From Vulcanimicrobiota bacterium (lineage in GTDB: Bacteria > Vulcanimicrobiota > Xenobia > Xenobiales > JADMJV01): a stretch of 40,731 bases of DNA. The stretch is from positions 1 to 40,731 of the forward strand of contig JALHOV010000004.1 in assembly GCA_022842865.1 (NCBI GenBank), read 5' to 3'. Position 1 is the stretch's first letter; each line of letters opens with the position of its first letter. Under the pieces are notes generated by a model. The model was not told the origin of the DNA, made no database searches, and saw nothing but the letters and a program-made list of their open reading frames with translations. A program made the position numbers and the translations under genes. Of this stretch, positions 24,495-34,450 are shown in pieces.

Positions 24495-25745
24495 ATGCTG
24501 GACGCAACGGCCATCCGTTCCTGCTGCGCGACCCTGCGCTACGTGCCCCTCAGTCCGGCCACTCCGGGACCGTGGGGAGATTCGGTGCTGACCGTGCGGC
24601 GCATTGGGGACGCTTCCGAAACCCCCCTGAGAATGCGTCTCTCCCTTTGCCAGGAGGCGGTCGACCCGAAGTCCCTTCAGGTCGACAACCTCTATCCCAC
24701 CAACCTGGTGCCTCAACAGGCAAGCCTGTTACCCGGCAACATCCTGGTAACCGTCCGAAGCTTCTGTCAGCCGACCGAGCAGATGGATGCTCTCGAGCGT
24801 TTGGCGCTGGCCCGCTTTTGTTTGCGTTGTCTAAGCGATCTGAAAGAGCAAGGTCGAAGTCACGGCAACTTCCGTCTGAGCAACCTGGCTCGCGATCCTT
24901 TCGGCCTGCTGGATCTGGGCTTCGCGGCCGCCTGCGGGCGTGCCCGCCCGGACCAAGAAGCCCTGCATGAGGTCCTTTGCCAACTGGGTTTCAAGGAACT
25001 ACTCGCGAAACCGGACTGGGAACGGTCTCTTTGTCGAGCGCTAGAGCTCCAACCGGAGCCAACTCCCCAGGCCGGAGCAGCGCCTTCCTTCCACCTGGAG
25101 GAAAAAGGCAGCCTGTGCACTTTTGACGGCGAGGTGACGGGTCTGGCCTTTTCTCCCGACAGTCGGCGGCTGGCGGCCACCGGCTACCATCCATTCATTC
25201 AGCTGGTGGACTTAGCCGAAAGGCGAGTGGTCACACTGCCCAATTCAGGCTACATCCTGTATCAGCCCGCCTTCTCCCCGGACGGCAGCTGGTTGGCCGC
25301 CCGTGACTATCAATCGGTCCATCTGTGGAATCTGGACTTACCCCAGCATCGAGAAATCCGCTGGCCTTGCCTTCTGCGCCTCGACTTCGACCCGAACGGC
25401 CGGTTGGTATTGGTCGACCAGGACGGCGCTGCGGTTCTCGACCCCGTCACCCTGGCCCCTCAAATCGAAGCCGAACCGGTCACTCTTCACGCCCCACGGT
25501 CTGGGATGCACCCGACCCTTCCCCTGCGTGCCCTGGGCGAGCAGGCTGGAATGACCGACCACGGAGGACTGCAGGCTCACTTGCAGTTGCTGGATCTGGA
25601 GGGAAACCTGCTCTGGAGCACCGGCGTCTGCCGCGATCACGTTCCCGATGTGGCCTTCTCACCGGACGGGAACTGGCTGGCGGCGGGGTCGAGTGGCGAC
25701 GATTACACCAGAGAATTCCCGGTCTTTCTGTGGCGCATGACCTGA
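24495..25745 (+). CDS. Degenerate kinase-like N-terminal region fused to WD40/beta-propeller-like repeats
   Basis: HGNFRLSNL ... LLDLGFAA resembles degenerate HRD/DFG spacing. The C-terminal half has LAFSPDSRRLAATG, AFSPDGSWLAARD and VAFSPDGNWLAAGS blades. Confidence 0.55.
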   Translation: MLDATAIRSCCATLRYVPLSPATPGPWGDSVLTVRRIGDASETPLRMRLSLCQEAVDPKSLQVDNLYPTNLVPQQASLLPGNILVTVRSFCQPTEQMDALERLALARFCLRCLSDLKEQGRSHGNFRLSNLARDPFGLLDLGFAAACGRARPDQEALHEVLCQLGFKELLAKPDWERSLCRALELQPEPTPQAGAAPSFHLEEKGSLCTFDGEVTGLAFSPDSRRLAATGYHPFIQLVDLAERRVVTLPNSGYILYQPAFSPDGSWLAARDYQSVHLWNLDLPQHREIRWPCLLRLDFDPNGRLVLVDQDGAAVLDPVTLAPQIEAEPVTLHAPRSGMHPTLPLRALGEQAGMTDHGGLQAHLQLLDLEGNLLWSTGVCRDHVPDVAFSPDGNWLAAGSSGDDYTREFPVFLWRMT

Positions 25746-25880
25746 ACTCAAGTATCGATCCGTTCCAAGACAAACCTTTTAACAAATTTTACATTTTTAG
25801 GTATTTTTCAGTTCGTCCGCAGATGCGTAAAGCGCGCTAGTCTCAACTCGAAGCGAAACTGCGAATTGAGGAAAAAACAG

Positions 25881-26939
25881 ATGGACGCGGGAAAAACCAA
25901 AGCCACAACCACCAGAACAAAATCCACCCCCCCAAAAACCATCCGCAAGAATGCGCAGCCTAAGGGAGCTCCCAAGAAAGCCCCAGCTGCCAAAGTCAAA
26001 GACAGCGTCAGGGTCAGCCAGGAAGGCAAAACTCCCACCAAAGCGACGGGCCCAACGCCGGACTTCACCAAATCGTTCGGAAGCGGGACCGCCAAAGCCG
26101 AAACCGCTGCTCCCGAGCGCTCGGCCTTGGAAGAAGGGGCCAAAGCCGCTCTGCAAACTCGCGTCATCGCCGGCCAGGGAGCAGGCGTCAAAGGGGGCCC
26201 GCTGCCCAGTCAAAGTGGCACTGTGCGCAAAATCGGAGCCCTGGGTGGCGTCGGCGCAGGGGTTCTGGCGGTACAGCAAGGCCGGGCCGCACTGGACAGC
26301 TCGCGTGGGACCGGAGAACGCGTCGTCTCGGGCTTGCAAGCGGCCGGCAACGCCGCCCACGCTACCCACGGGGCGACCCAGGCCGCGGACCTTCTGCGCA
26401 CCAACAAGCTCAATCCGGCTCCCGCAAACCCGGGCACAATTCGTGACATTCCGGGGCGCCTGGGCCAGGCCGCAGGAGCCATTCAAAACAACGCAGCCAA
26501 GATTCCCGGCGCGGCTCTCCAGGGCATCGCCCAGCCCACCACGGCGGCAGGCGTCCCGTTCGCTGGAGCTCAACGCCTGGCGGTCACCGCCGGACGCGCT
26601 GCGCCCTTGCTGGGTGGCGTCGCCCAACTGGGCCAGAGCGCGCACGATATTTCCAAGAATGGTCTGACCCTGGAGAATGCCGCTAACGGTGCCAGCGGAG
26701 CCGCCAAGCTTGTAGGGGCGGGTCTGGTGGCCAGTGGCATCGGAGCTCCTATCGGCGCTGCTCTGATCGCCGGGTCGACGGTCTACGACCTGGGTAAGCT
26801 GGCCTACGACAATCGGGAAGCGATCGGCAACGCCGCCACTCAGGCTCTCTCCGGCCTGGGCACGGCGGGGAGGGCCGCCCTGAGCGCAATTCCTGGCCTG
26901 GGGGCGCTGACCGGCGGAATAGGTCGGCTTTTCGGATAG
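25881..26939 (+). CDS. Ala/Gly-rich protein with a Lys/Thr/Pro-rich N-terminus and a C-terminal glycine-zipper segment
   Basis: I chose the ATG at 25881, 7 nt after GAGGA, over TTG 25866. No signal peptide. C-terminal GAGLVASGIGAPIGAALIAG contains a GxxxG-type zipper. An AT-rich region lies upstream. Confidence 0.55.
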   Translation: MDAGKTKATTTRTKSTPPKTIRKNAQPKGAPKKAPAAKVKDSVRVSQEGKTPTKATGPTPDFTKSFGSGTAKAETAAPERSALEEGAKAALQTRVIAGQGAGVKGGPLPSQSGTVRKIGALGGVGAGVLAVQQGRAALDSSRGTGERVVSGLQAAGNAAHATHGATQAADLLRTNKLNPAPANPGTIRDIPGRLGQAAGAIQNNAAKIPGAALQGIAQPTTAAGVPFAGAQRLAVTAGRAAPLLGGVAQLGQSAHDISKNGLTLENAANGASGAAKLVGAGLVASGIGAPIGAALIAGSTVYDLGKLAYDNREAIGNAATQALSGLGTAGRAALSAIPGLGALTGGIGRLFG

Positions 26940-27029
26940 CACTGTAGGCTAGATTGGCCCACTAACAGCACGCGGGAGCGGAGCCAGTTTGCTGGCGACC
27001 GACCGCTCGGCTGGGGCCAATCTAGGCTC

Positions 27030-27683
27030 CTAGAACTGGAAGTTTCCGCCACCCCCGACCAGCAGTCGATCGGCCGGGTTGTTTCGGGCGCTGAGCACCA
27101 CGTCGTTGAAGATCAGGCTGACGCGGCGGTTGCCGGGAGAGCCGGTGACCACTTCGGTCAGAGTGACCGAACCACTGACCGAGTCGTAAATGAGCAATTC
27201 GGTCGGAGCGTTGCGCTGTAAAAGGCTCAGTCGGGTCGCTCCTGCTCCCAACGCGTAGGTGCCGGTCTGCAGGGCGGGGCCCCGAGTGGGGTCTCCGATG
27301 CCCAGGGTAACCCGCCGATCGATCACGTTGGGAGCGCTGGCGTTGGCCAGAATCATCGCAAATCTGCGGACTTCCGCGGGTGCGCTGTTAAATCCGATCT
27401 GTTCGATGCGAGTGTCAGACGAAGTCAAAGGACTGACGTTCACCTTGTTGCCCCCGGCCAGCGTAAAGGTGAACTGAGAAGCGGAGGCGCTCGCACCGGG
27501 CGCCGCCGCGACCTCCACCTCGGGCTCAGGCCCCAGGTCGGGATCGTCGGCCACCGCCACGGCCACCGACTGCGACTGCGACGGCGCGACAGGCACAACT
27601 GGGCCCGAGGTGACCGACTCATTGCCGCATCCCAACAGGCAGGTTCCGAGAGCACAGTACGTCATTAATCTTTGCAAATTCAA
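27030..27683 (-). CDS. Lipoprotein, function unknown
   Basis: Signal sequence with lipobox LLGCG. Beta-rich composition. Ends in ...GGGGNFQF. Confidence 0.65.
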   Translation of the reverse strand: MNLQRLMTYCALGTCLLGCGNESVTSGPVVPVAPSQSQSVAVAVADDPDLGPEPEVEVAAAPGASASASQFTFTLAGGNKVNVSPLTSSDTRIEQIGFNSAPAEVRRFAMILANASAPNVIDRRVTLGIGDPTRGPALQTGTYALGAGATRLSLLQRNAPTELLIYDSVSGSVTLTEVVTGSPGNRRVSLIFNDVVLSARNNPADRLLVGGGGNFQF

Positions 27684-28180
27684 GGGAAGGACCTCATCTT
27701 TCAGGCTTTTCCCTTACAGACTGTGGCAATGCGCCGGAAAGTTCCTTCAAAACCGCGTGGAATGGACTTTATGTGAGGCAAAGGAAGGCCACATTGAGAA
27801 CAATTCAGGATGTCCGATGAGGTTACCTTAGACCAGGATGCCGAACTGCTGAGGCCGGGGTGCAGATTCTGGCAAACCCGGCCGGGAGGACCGAACCTCA
27901 TCTGCCCATCGACCAGGTTTGCCTGAACCCGACCGGAACGGCCGCCTGCCTGCAGGGTCGAGACCACCTGTTTATCCTGGATCTAAGCGAAGATCAGCCC
28001 ATCGACGTGGAAGCCTGGACCGGTTGTCACCTGGACCCCGAGGAAGGGACCATCCGGGTCAATTCGCAAGGAGCTCCATAGCCGCTTCGACCACCTGCCC
28101 GTTCAAGCCGCCTGGCTATTGCACAACATCGAATCCACCTCAGTTCGAACCAGTAGCGGCGGTGGCACGCAAATGAGCAA

Positions 28181-29098
28181 TTAGTAGCGGAAGGCTTCGG
28201 CCGCCCAGGCGTCCGTGGCCGTCTTACCCGGGTCCGTGCCCGACCGGGGAACCTCATTGAAAGCCTGCTGCGCTCCATCCCTTATCGCCCCAAAGGAGGC
28301 TCCGTGGGCGGCTGCGCCGGCCACTCCCATACCGAAAAAGTGATACCAGGGGCCCATCTTCTCGGAGCGATGCGGGTCATTGGGTTCTCGGAGATTGATC
28401 AGTCGATTTTCGATTTGAGAATCTCTTTCGCGAATCTCCGCGGAACCGGCGCCCCGCTCGCTGGCGGTAACGTCCTTCATGAGGTTGTGGGCCGTCAGGT
28501 TGGCGTTAAATGCGTCACCCTGATTGAGTTCCAAGGACTTCTTGTAAATATCGGCCGGATCCAGTTGGGCGTTATCCGGCCGCTCAAGAATCCAGTCCGC
28601 CAGTTGCCTCTGTCGATCTCTCACGCGAGTCGCAAAGTGAGAGTGGTCGTCGCGGGGGGGCTTTCCCTGATACTCTTTACCCAAAGGATCCTTGGTGGAT
28701 ATCGGGGTCTGGCGGGCAAAGTTCCTGAGCTCTTCGACTCGAAATGCATCCTGAGGGCGAAACGAATTGAGCCAACGGTTCTCGCCTTGTCGAGCCGCCT
28801 TCATTTTGGAGCGAATGCCCTCCAAGGTGGGCGATGAAGGAATGTTCGTGGCCGGGGGCGGCTTCGGTGGACCGTCTGGGCGCCGAGGTGGAGGACCTCC
28901 AAAGCCTTGCAGTAAGGCGGCTAGATGCCCAGGTTCAGCGCCCTTACCCTGCTCTCCAGAGACAGTGGTCCGATCCCGCTGAGCCGCCGGTTTGGCGGGA
29001 GGATTGCCCTGCCCGACTCTGCGGGGCGCTTTTTGATTCGCGACCGGGGCAGATTGTTTGGTGGAGCGAGGTGCGCTAGAAATGGGTTTCACAAGCAT
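28181..29098 (-). CDS. Hypothetical protein with a Pro/basic-rich N-terminal region, function unknown
   Basis: The ATG at 29098 is preceded by AGGAGG. The ORF-track extension to 29275 runs through a lower-GC, promoter-like region. No signal peptide or known motif recognised. Confidence 0.55.
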   Translation of the reverse strand: MLVKPISSAPRSTKQSAPVANQKAPRRVGQGNPPAKPAAQRDRTTVSGEQGKGAEPGHLAALLQGFGGPPPRRPDGPPKPPPATNIPSSPTLEGIRSKMKAARQGENRWLNSFRPQDAFRVEELRNFARQTPISTKDPLGKEYQGKPPRDDHSHFATRVRDRQRQLADWILERPDNAQLDPADIYKKSLELNQGDAFNANLTAHNLMKDVTASERGAGSAEIRERDSQIENRLINLREPNDPHRSEKMGPWYHFFGMGVAGAAAHGASFGAIRDGAQQAFNEVPRSGTDPGKTATDAWAAEAFRY

Positions 29099-29371
29099 TA
29101 TCCTCCTGATCTGATGGAACGAATTTGAGTCTATCGGGTGGGTGTGCGCCGATGGTTCGTGGCAGTCCCTAAGAATGAACAGGTTGTTAACTTTCTCAAG
29201 CTTAGGCGATTCCGAAGTCGAAATGATAAATTCCGGTTGGATGGTCAGAATCGAGGGGTGAGTGGCATCCATCATCTAATCGACAAAGGCTATGACCCTG
29301 AGGAGCTTCGTTCCAATGCTATCGACATCAAGTCTCCGTTTGTTGTTCCTGTGAATCGGGAAGAGGTAACC

Positions 29372-29716
29372 GTGGTGAACAGAGCTCGAGTCCTGGGCAG
29401 TTTGATGCTGATGCTAAGCGGCTTCGCACAAGCCCAGCCAATTAAAAATGCGCTGGGAAATTGGAAGATCTTCCACGGTGGAGGAGAGCCGATCTTTGTC
29501 CAGGTTCTACCCGGCGGCATCGCCCACTTTCGAGGGGACAAGGGCGCCCAAGGCTCTTGGAAGCTGATCAATGGGCGCCTGGAACTCAGTTGGCAGGACG
29601 GCTGGCAAGACGTGATCTTGAGGCGAGGAAAAAGCTACCGAAAACTCGGCTACGCACCGGGCCATTCCATTCAGGGTCGGCCGGACCACGAAACGGCGGC
29701 CTACCGACGGCCATGA
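29372..29716 (+). CDS. Small secreted protein, function unknown
   Basis: GTG at 29372, 5 nt after GAGG. Signal peptide RVLGSLMLMLSGFAQA. The stop overlaps the next ATG (ATGA at 29713). Confidence 0.5.
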   Translation: MVNRARVLGSLMLMLSGFAQAQPIKNALGNWKIFHGGGEPIFVQVLPGGIAHFRGDKGAQGSWKLINGRLELSWQDGWQDVILRRGKSYRKLGYAPGHSIQGRPDHETAAYRRP

Positions 29717-30810
29717 ACAATTGGCCTCTGCGGGTGCTGCTCTGGCTCGCTCTTGCCTGCCCCCTCCTGGCCCAGGAAACCGAAGTCCGCGCTTGCTACC
29801 TGACCCACGTAGACAGCCAGGTGCTGGATTCTCGAGAGAATCTGGCGGAGGCCCTGAGTTTCCTGAAAAACCATGGCTTCAACACCGTCTATGTGGTGGT
29901 CTGGGCTCGGGGGCTCACTCTTTATCCTAGCCGACAGATGCAAGAGGAAATCGGTTTGGAGCAGGACCCTCGGTTTTCGGGTCGAGACCCTCTGGCCGAG
30001 GCGGTCGAATTGGGCCACCAGAACCACCTGACCGTGGTCGCCTGGTTTGAATACGGGTTCGCCGAGAGTTACGCGGAGGGGCATAGCCGACTGGGTCAGC
30101 TTCACCCCGACTGGATGTGCCTGGGTGAGGACGGCAAACCGGTCCGCAAAAACGGCTTCCGCTGGTTCAATGGACTCGATCCGAGGGTTCAGCACTTTAT
30201 GCTGGGACTGATGAAGGAGGTTGTGGCCGAATATGCTGTGGACGGAGTGCAGGGGGATGACCGCTGGCCGGCCATGCCCAGTAGCGGCGGCTATCAGCAA
30301 TGGCTGCTCCGCCAGTATGGAGCCGACCAGAGGCCTGCACCGCAGGACCCCCAGTGGCTGGCCTGGAGAGCGCAAGGGCTGACTCGACATCTGCAGACGG
30401 CCCGGCGCCTGCTGCCCAAAGGCTGGCTGATCTCGGCCCCGAGCATCCAGGGCTGGGCCTATCGCGAATATCTGCAAGACTGGATCGGCTGGCTTCAAAA
30501 CGATCTGGTAGATTGGGTTCATCCCCAGGCTTACCGTCGCAGCCTGTCGGACTACCAGGCCTGCCTCAGGCCGCTCTTAAACCAGTTAACCCCGAGCCAA
30601 CTGCGTCGCGTGGCCCCGGCCATTCTCATTCAGAGTGGGTCTTACAGGGTCAAGCCGTCCTTGCTTGTCGAGATGGTTCGCTGGAACCGAGAGTGTGGGT
30701 TTGGCGGGGAAGCGCTTTTCTTTTACGAGGGTCTGCGGGCCAATCACAATGAGCTGGCCCGCGCCCTGCTGGAAGGTCCTTACAAAGACCACGTTCCAGC
30801 TCCTCGATAA
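29713..30810 (+). CDS. Glycoside-hydrolase-like family 10 (GHL10/DUF187) protein
   Basis: The ATG at 29713 gives the signal peptide MNNWPLRVLLWLALACPLLAQ. Then RACYLTHV..., HGFNTVYVVVWARGLTLYPS and VVAWFEYGF, typical of GHL10-family proteins. Confidence 0.65.
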   Translation: MNNWPLRVLLWLALACPLLAQETEVRACYLTHVDSQVLDSRENLAEALSFLKNHGFNTVYVVVWARGLTLYPSRQMQEEIGLEQDPRFSGRDPLAEAVELGHQNHLTVVAWFEYGFAESYAEGHSRLGQLHPDWMCLGEDGKPVRKNGFRWFNGLDPRVQHFMLGLMKEVVAEYAVDGVQGDDRWPAMPSSGGYQQWLLRQYGADQRPAPQDPQWLAWRAQGLTRHLQTARRLLPKGWLISAPSIQGWAYREYLQDWIGWLQNDLVDWVHPQAYRRSLSDYQACLRPLLNQLTPSQLRRVAPAILIQSGSYRVKPSLLVEMVRWNRECGFGGEALFFYEGLRANHNELARALLEGPYKDHVPAPR

Positions 30811-30909
30811 AATTTACTTTGGCCATGTTTTGGCCGCAATGGGCTGCCAGCGTAATCGCCGCGAAGAACTCGAGCAGGCACGACCGGAATCATGCCAGGC
30901 CAAGAACAG

Positions 30910-32643
30910 TTAGCCAATAAACTCCCGCAATACAGAATTCGCCGGAATGGCTGCGGAAGAAACCGGCACGAATAGGTCCAGGAACTTCAAAAGTTCATAG
31001 GCCCGCGAGCGCGAGGGATGAGTGCGGGGCACCTCCAGCAGGTAGCGCCGGGCCAGCGGCTGCAAAATGGCGGTTTCATAGACCAGGGCCGAATTGAACA
31101 TGGCGTCGCTGCAATCTTGGTAAGGAAAGATGTTGTTCTCCTCTCCCTCGCGCACGCTGGGCCAGCGAGCCAGCGTCTCGGCCGCGTCAAAACCTCGAAA
31201 GCAACGGTCGCGCACCAGACGCCGAATCAGCCTGGCGTCGGAGGTGAAGACCCGATTGTGTTCATCCAGTCGCAGTTGAGTCAAGGCGCTGATAAAGATG
31301 CGGAAACGTTGCTCCGGCCTACAGGTTGGCGCAAGGTCGGGATGGAGCGCATGGATTCCCTCGATGACCAGGAGTTGGCCGGGCAACAGCCGCAGCTTAC
31401 GCCAGCGCGAACGCCTGGCCGAAGCGAAGTCAAAAACCGGCACCGCCATTTCTCGACCTTCCAATAAGCCCAATAGGGTCGAGTCCAGCAACTCCAAGTC
31501 GAGCGCCTGCAAGCTCTCCAGATCAAGGTTGGCGGCGTCGGGCAGTTGCCTTTCTTGATAGAAGTCGTCGAGACTTAGGGCCACCGATCTCAGGCCATTG
31601 ACCTCGAGCTGCACGGACAGGCGATTCACAAAGGTGGACTTGCCCGAAGCGGAGGGGCCGGCGATACACACCATGCGAACCTGAGTGGGGCAGGTGGTGA
31701 TGCTATCGGCAATCTCGGCAATCTTCTTTTCGTGCAGGCCTTCGGCCAGCTGAACCACCCGCTCGAAACGATCTTCCAGGCTGGCGGCATTAAGATCGCC
31801 CACGGTGGAGACCCCGATCAGCAGGTTCCAATCGCGAGTTTCGCAATAAGACTGAAATAGCTTGCGATCCTCGCGACCGGGCTGAGGCAAGGGAGAAGTG
31901 AGTGCCACGGGCGGGAAGCGCAGGACTAACCCGGGGGGATAGGCCAGGATACTGGTGCCCTTCAGAACCCCACTGGCGGGGGCACAGGGACCATGCATCA
32001 GATCCCGGTAGTCGTCCAATTCGACAATCGGAACCATAGGAGTGGCCTGGGCTCTGAGCAGCTTTTGCCTGGAGCCGAAACGGTCGGCCACCCAATTGGG
32101 CACCGCTTCGATGCTCACCAGGTAGCGAAGCAACGGTAAGTTTCGTTGCACCAATTCATCGAAAGACTGCTGGAGGCGGCTGGCCATCCCCACCAGGTCG
32201 AGACCTTCCCCGGGAAGGACCTCGTAGTAATAGCCGCCCAGCAGGGACTGTCCAACCTGTAGATGGTAGTCCTGGAAAAGAGTGGAAAAGACCGCATGGA
32301 AACAGTGGGTGGCCGTTCGGCGCAGCACCGCCTGGCCATCGCGACTGCTCGGGAATACCGCTTCCACTACAGAGTCACCGTCCAGTGGGGTGGAAAGGGA
32401 AACCACATGGTGATTGAGGACGGCAGCCAGCACACCCTGGCCGACCAGGAAATCCTCACCCATCACTTCGGCCACGGTGGTATGGAGCGGCACCTGAAGC
32501 TCGTCCCCCTGGAAAAGCACCTTGACGGACCGACCGGAACGGTTTTGTGTATTCATGCAAGGGCAGCCTAGGCCATCTGCCGGCGGCATGCACTGATCAG
32601 CATCATAGCTATGCCAGTCTGGCCGCCGCCTGATGTAGGTCAT
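30910..32643 (-). CDS. Uridine-kinase/phosphoribulokinase-family nucleoside kinase with an N-terminal TGS-like extension
   Basis: Walker A IAGPSASGKSTF lies in the C-terminal half. The long-form uridine-kinase-like architecture has an N-terminal ubiquitin/TGS-like segment. The start may be the internal ATG at 32556. Confidence 0.7.
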   Translation of the reverse strand: MTYIRRRPDWHSYDADQCMPPADGLGCPCMNTQNRSGRSVKVLFQGDELQVPLHTTVAEVMGEDFLVGQGVLAAVLNHHVVSLSTPLDGDSVVEAVFPSSRDGQAVLRRTATHCFHAVFSTLFQDYHLQVGQSLLGGYYYEVLPGEGLDLVGMASRLQQSFDELVQRNLPLLRYLVSIEAVPNWVADRFGSRQKLLRAQATPMVPIVELDDYRDLMHGPCAPASGVLKGTSILAYPPGLVLRFPPVALTSPLPQPGREDRKLFQSYCETRDWNLLIGVSTVGDLNAASLEDRFERVVQLAEGLHEKKIAEIADSITTCPTQVRMVCIAGPSASGKSTFVNRLSVQLEVNGLRSVALSLDDFYQERQLPDAANLDLESLQALDLELLDSTLLGLLEGREMAVPVFDFASARRSRWRKLRLLPGQLLVIEGIHALHPDLAPTCRPEQRFRIFISALTQLRLDEHNRVFTSDARLIRRLVRDRCFRGFDAAETLARWPSVREGEENNIFPYQDCSDAMFNSALVYETAILQPLARRYLLEVPRTHPSRSRAYELLKFLDLFVPVSSAAIPANSVLREFIG

Positions 32644-32719
32644 AGTCAGGACCTCTCCTGCCGGCTAGACTGAACAATCAGGGTCCTGGAGATCATTTGA
32701 AATCAGAAAGGCCGGCTTC

Positions 32720-34450
32720 GTGAAAAAAAGTCCTCCCAAAAAAATCGCTCCGGCTCCCTGCCTTGAAAAGGTACCCACCGGCATCAAGGGCCTGGACCAA
32801 ATTCTCGACGGAGGCCTGCCCCAAGGTCGGCCGACTCTGGTGAGTGGCGGCGCCGGTTGCGGCAAAACGCTGCTGGCCATGGAATTCCTGGTGCGCGGCG
32901 CTACCGAATACGGCGAACCCGGGGTGATGATGGCCTTTGAAGAGAGAGAATCGGAGCTTTTGCAGAACACAGCGTCTCTAGGGTTCGACCTGGCCGGGCT
33001 TATCGAGCGCAAGATGTTGTTTTTTGACTCCGTCTACATCGCTCGCGAGGAGATCGAGGAGACGGGCGACTATGATCTGGAGGGCCTGTTCATTCGGCTG
33101 GGCGCCGCCATCGATGCCGTCGGGGCCAAGCGAGTGGTGCTGGACACCCTCGAGACGCTGTTCAGCGGTTTTGCCAACCTGGCCATCCTGCGCTCGGAGT
33201 TTCGCCGCCTCTTCCGTTGGCTGAAAGACAAGGGCGTCACCGCCATCATCACCGCCGAGCGCGGAGAAAACTCTCTCACCCGCAACGGTCTGGAGGAGTA
33301 TGTCTCGGACTGCGTCATCCTGCTCGACCATCGAGTGGTGAACCAGGTATCCACGCGCCGCCTGCGGGTGGTCAAATACCGCGGATCTATTCACTGCACC
33401 AACGAGTATCCTTTCCTCATCCATGAGCGCGGCATTGCGGTGATGCCGATCACTTCGCTGGGCTTGCAACACGTCGTCACCCAAGAGCGAGTGTCCAGCG
33501 GCGTGCCGGCGCTGGACGAAATGCTGACGGGGGCGGGCTACTTTCGCGGCAGCACCGTGCTGGTCTCCGGCACGGCCGGCGTGGGCAAATCTTCTCTGTC
33601 AGCGGCCTATTGCCAGGCGGCCGGACGGCGGGCGGAGCGGGTGCTCTACTTCTCATTTGAAGAGTCGCCGGGTCAGATGATCCGCAATATGGCATCGATC
33701 GGCCTGGATCTGCAGGCCATGGTGGAGAACGGTCTGCTGCAAATTCACGCCAGTCGTCCCACCGTGCAAGGCCTGGAACTGCTGCTGGCCCAGGTTTTCC
33801 GCTTAGTGGAAGAGTTCCAGCCCTCCAGCGTGATTTTTGACCCGATTAGCAGCTTCGTCAACAACAGCGAAGGCGACGCCGCCAATTTGATGGCCATTCA
33901 GCTCATCGATTATTTGAAGATGCGCGGCATCACGCTGATTTTGACCAACCTCACCCGGGGCAATCAGGCGCTGGAGAAGACCGACATCAAGATTTCCTCG
34001 CTGGTCGACACCTGGATCTTGTTGCGCGACATCGAATGCGGTGGGGAGCGCAACCGCTCGATGTGCGTGCTGAAATCCCGGGGCATGGCCCATTCCAACC
34101 AGTTGCGCGAGCTGGTTCTGAGTGGCCGCGGCATTGAGCTGCTGCCCTCCTATCTGGGTCCTGGGGGGGTGCTGACCGGTTCGGCTCGCCTCTCGCAGGA
34201 AGCTCAAGAGAAGGCCGCCAGTTTGATGCGCCAGCAGGAGCTCGAGAGCCGGCGACGAGACTTGGAGCGCAAACGCGAGGAGGTGGAGCGACAGGTGGAG
34301 TCCCTGCGGTCCGACTTTCGCGAGGAAGAAGCCGAACTGGAGCAACGGATTGAACAAGAGCAAGGTCGCGAGCAACAACTGGGGGAAGACCGCGTGCGTC
34401 TGCAGAGTTCTCGCCAGGTTCTGCCCGAACAAACGGTAGCAAGCGTATGA
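32720..34450 (+). CDS. kaiC: KaiC-family double-domain ATPase with a coiled-coil C-terminal extension of about 80 aa
   Basis: [20 protein letters not shown] and two Walker A motifs ([16 protein letters not shown]). The phosphosite-region motif [12 protein letters not shown] has its Ser-Ser at 33995..34000. The tail is rich in E/R/Q heptads. Confidence 0.9.
   Translation: MKKSPPKKIAPAPCLEKVPTGIKGLDQILDGGLPQGRPTLVSGGAGCGKTLLAMEFLVRGATEYGEPGVMMAFEERESELLQNTASLGFDLAGLIERKMLFFDSVYIAREEIEETGDYDLEGLFIRLGAAIDAVGAKRVVLDTLETLFSGFANLAILRSEFRRLFRWLKDKGVTAIITAERGENSLTRNGLEEYVSDCVILLDHRVVNQVSTRRLRVVKYRGSIHCTNEYPFLIHERGIAVMPITSLGLQHVVTQERVSSGVPALDEMLTGAGYFRGSTVLVSGTAGVGKSSLSAAYCQAAGRRAERVLYFSFEESPGQMIRNMASIGLDLQAMVENGLLQIHASRPTVQGLELLLAQVFRLVEEFQPSSVIFDPISSFVNNSEGDAANLMAIQLIDYLKMRGITLILTNLTRGNQALEKTDIKISSLVDTWILLRDIECGGERNRSMCVLKSRGMAHSNQLRELVLSGRGIELLPSYLGPGGVLTGSARLSQEAQEKAASLMRQQELESRRRDLERKREEVERQVESLRSDFREEEAELEQRIEQEQGREQQLGEDRVRLQSSRQVLPEQTVASV

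Noticed and set aside
29138-29371. The upstream part of ORF 29138..29716, and the overlapping upstream part of minus-strand ORF 28181..29275.
   Set aside because: This lower-GC stretch lies between divergent genes and looks like a shared promoter region. Both genes have better internal starts with RBS motifs (29372 and 29098).
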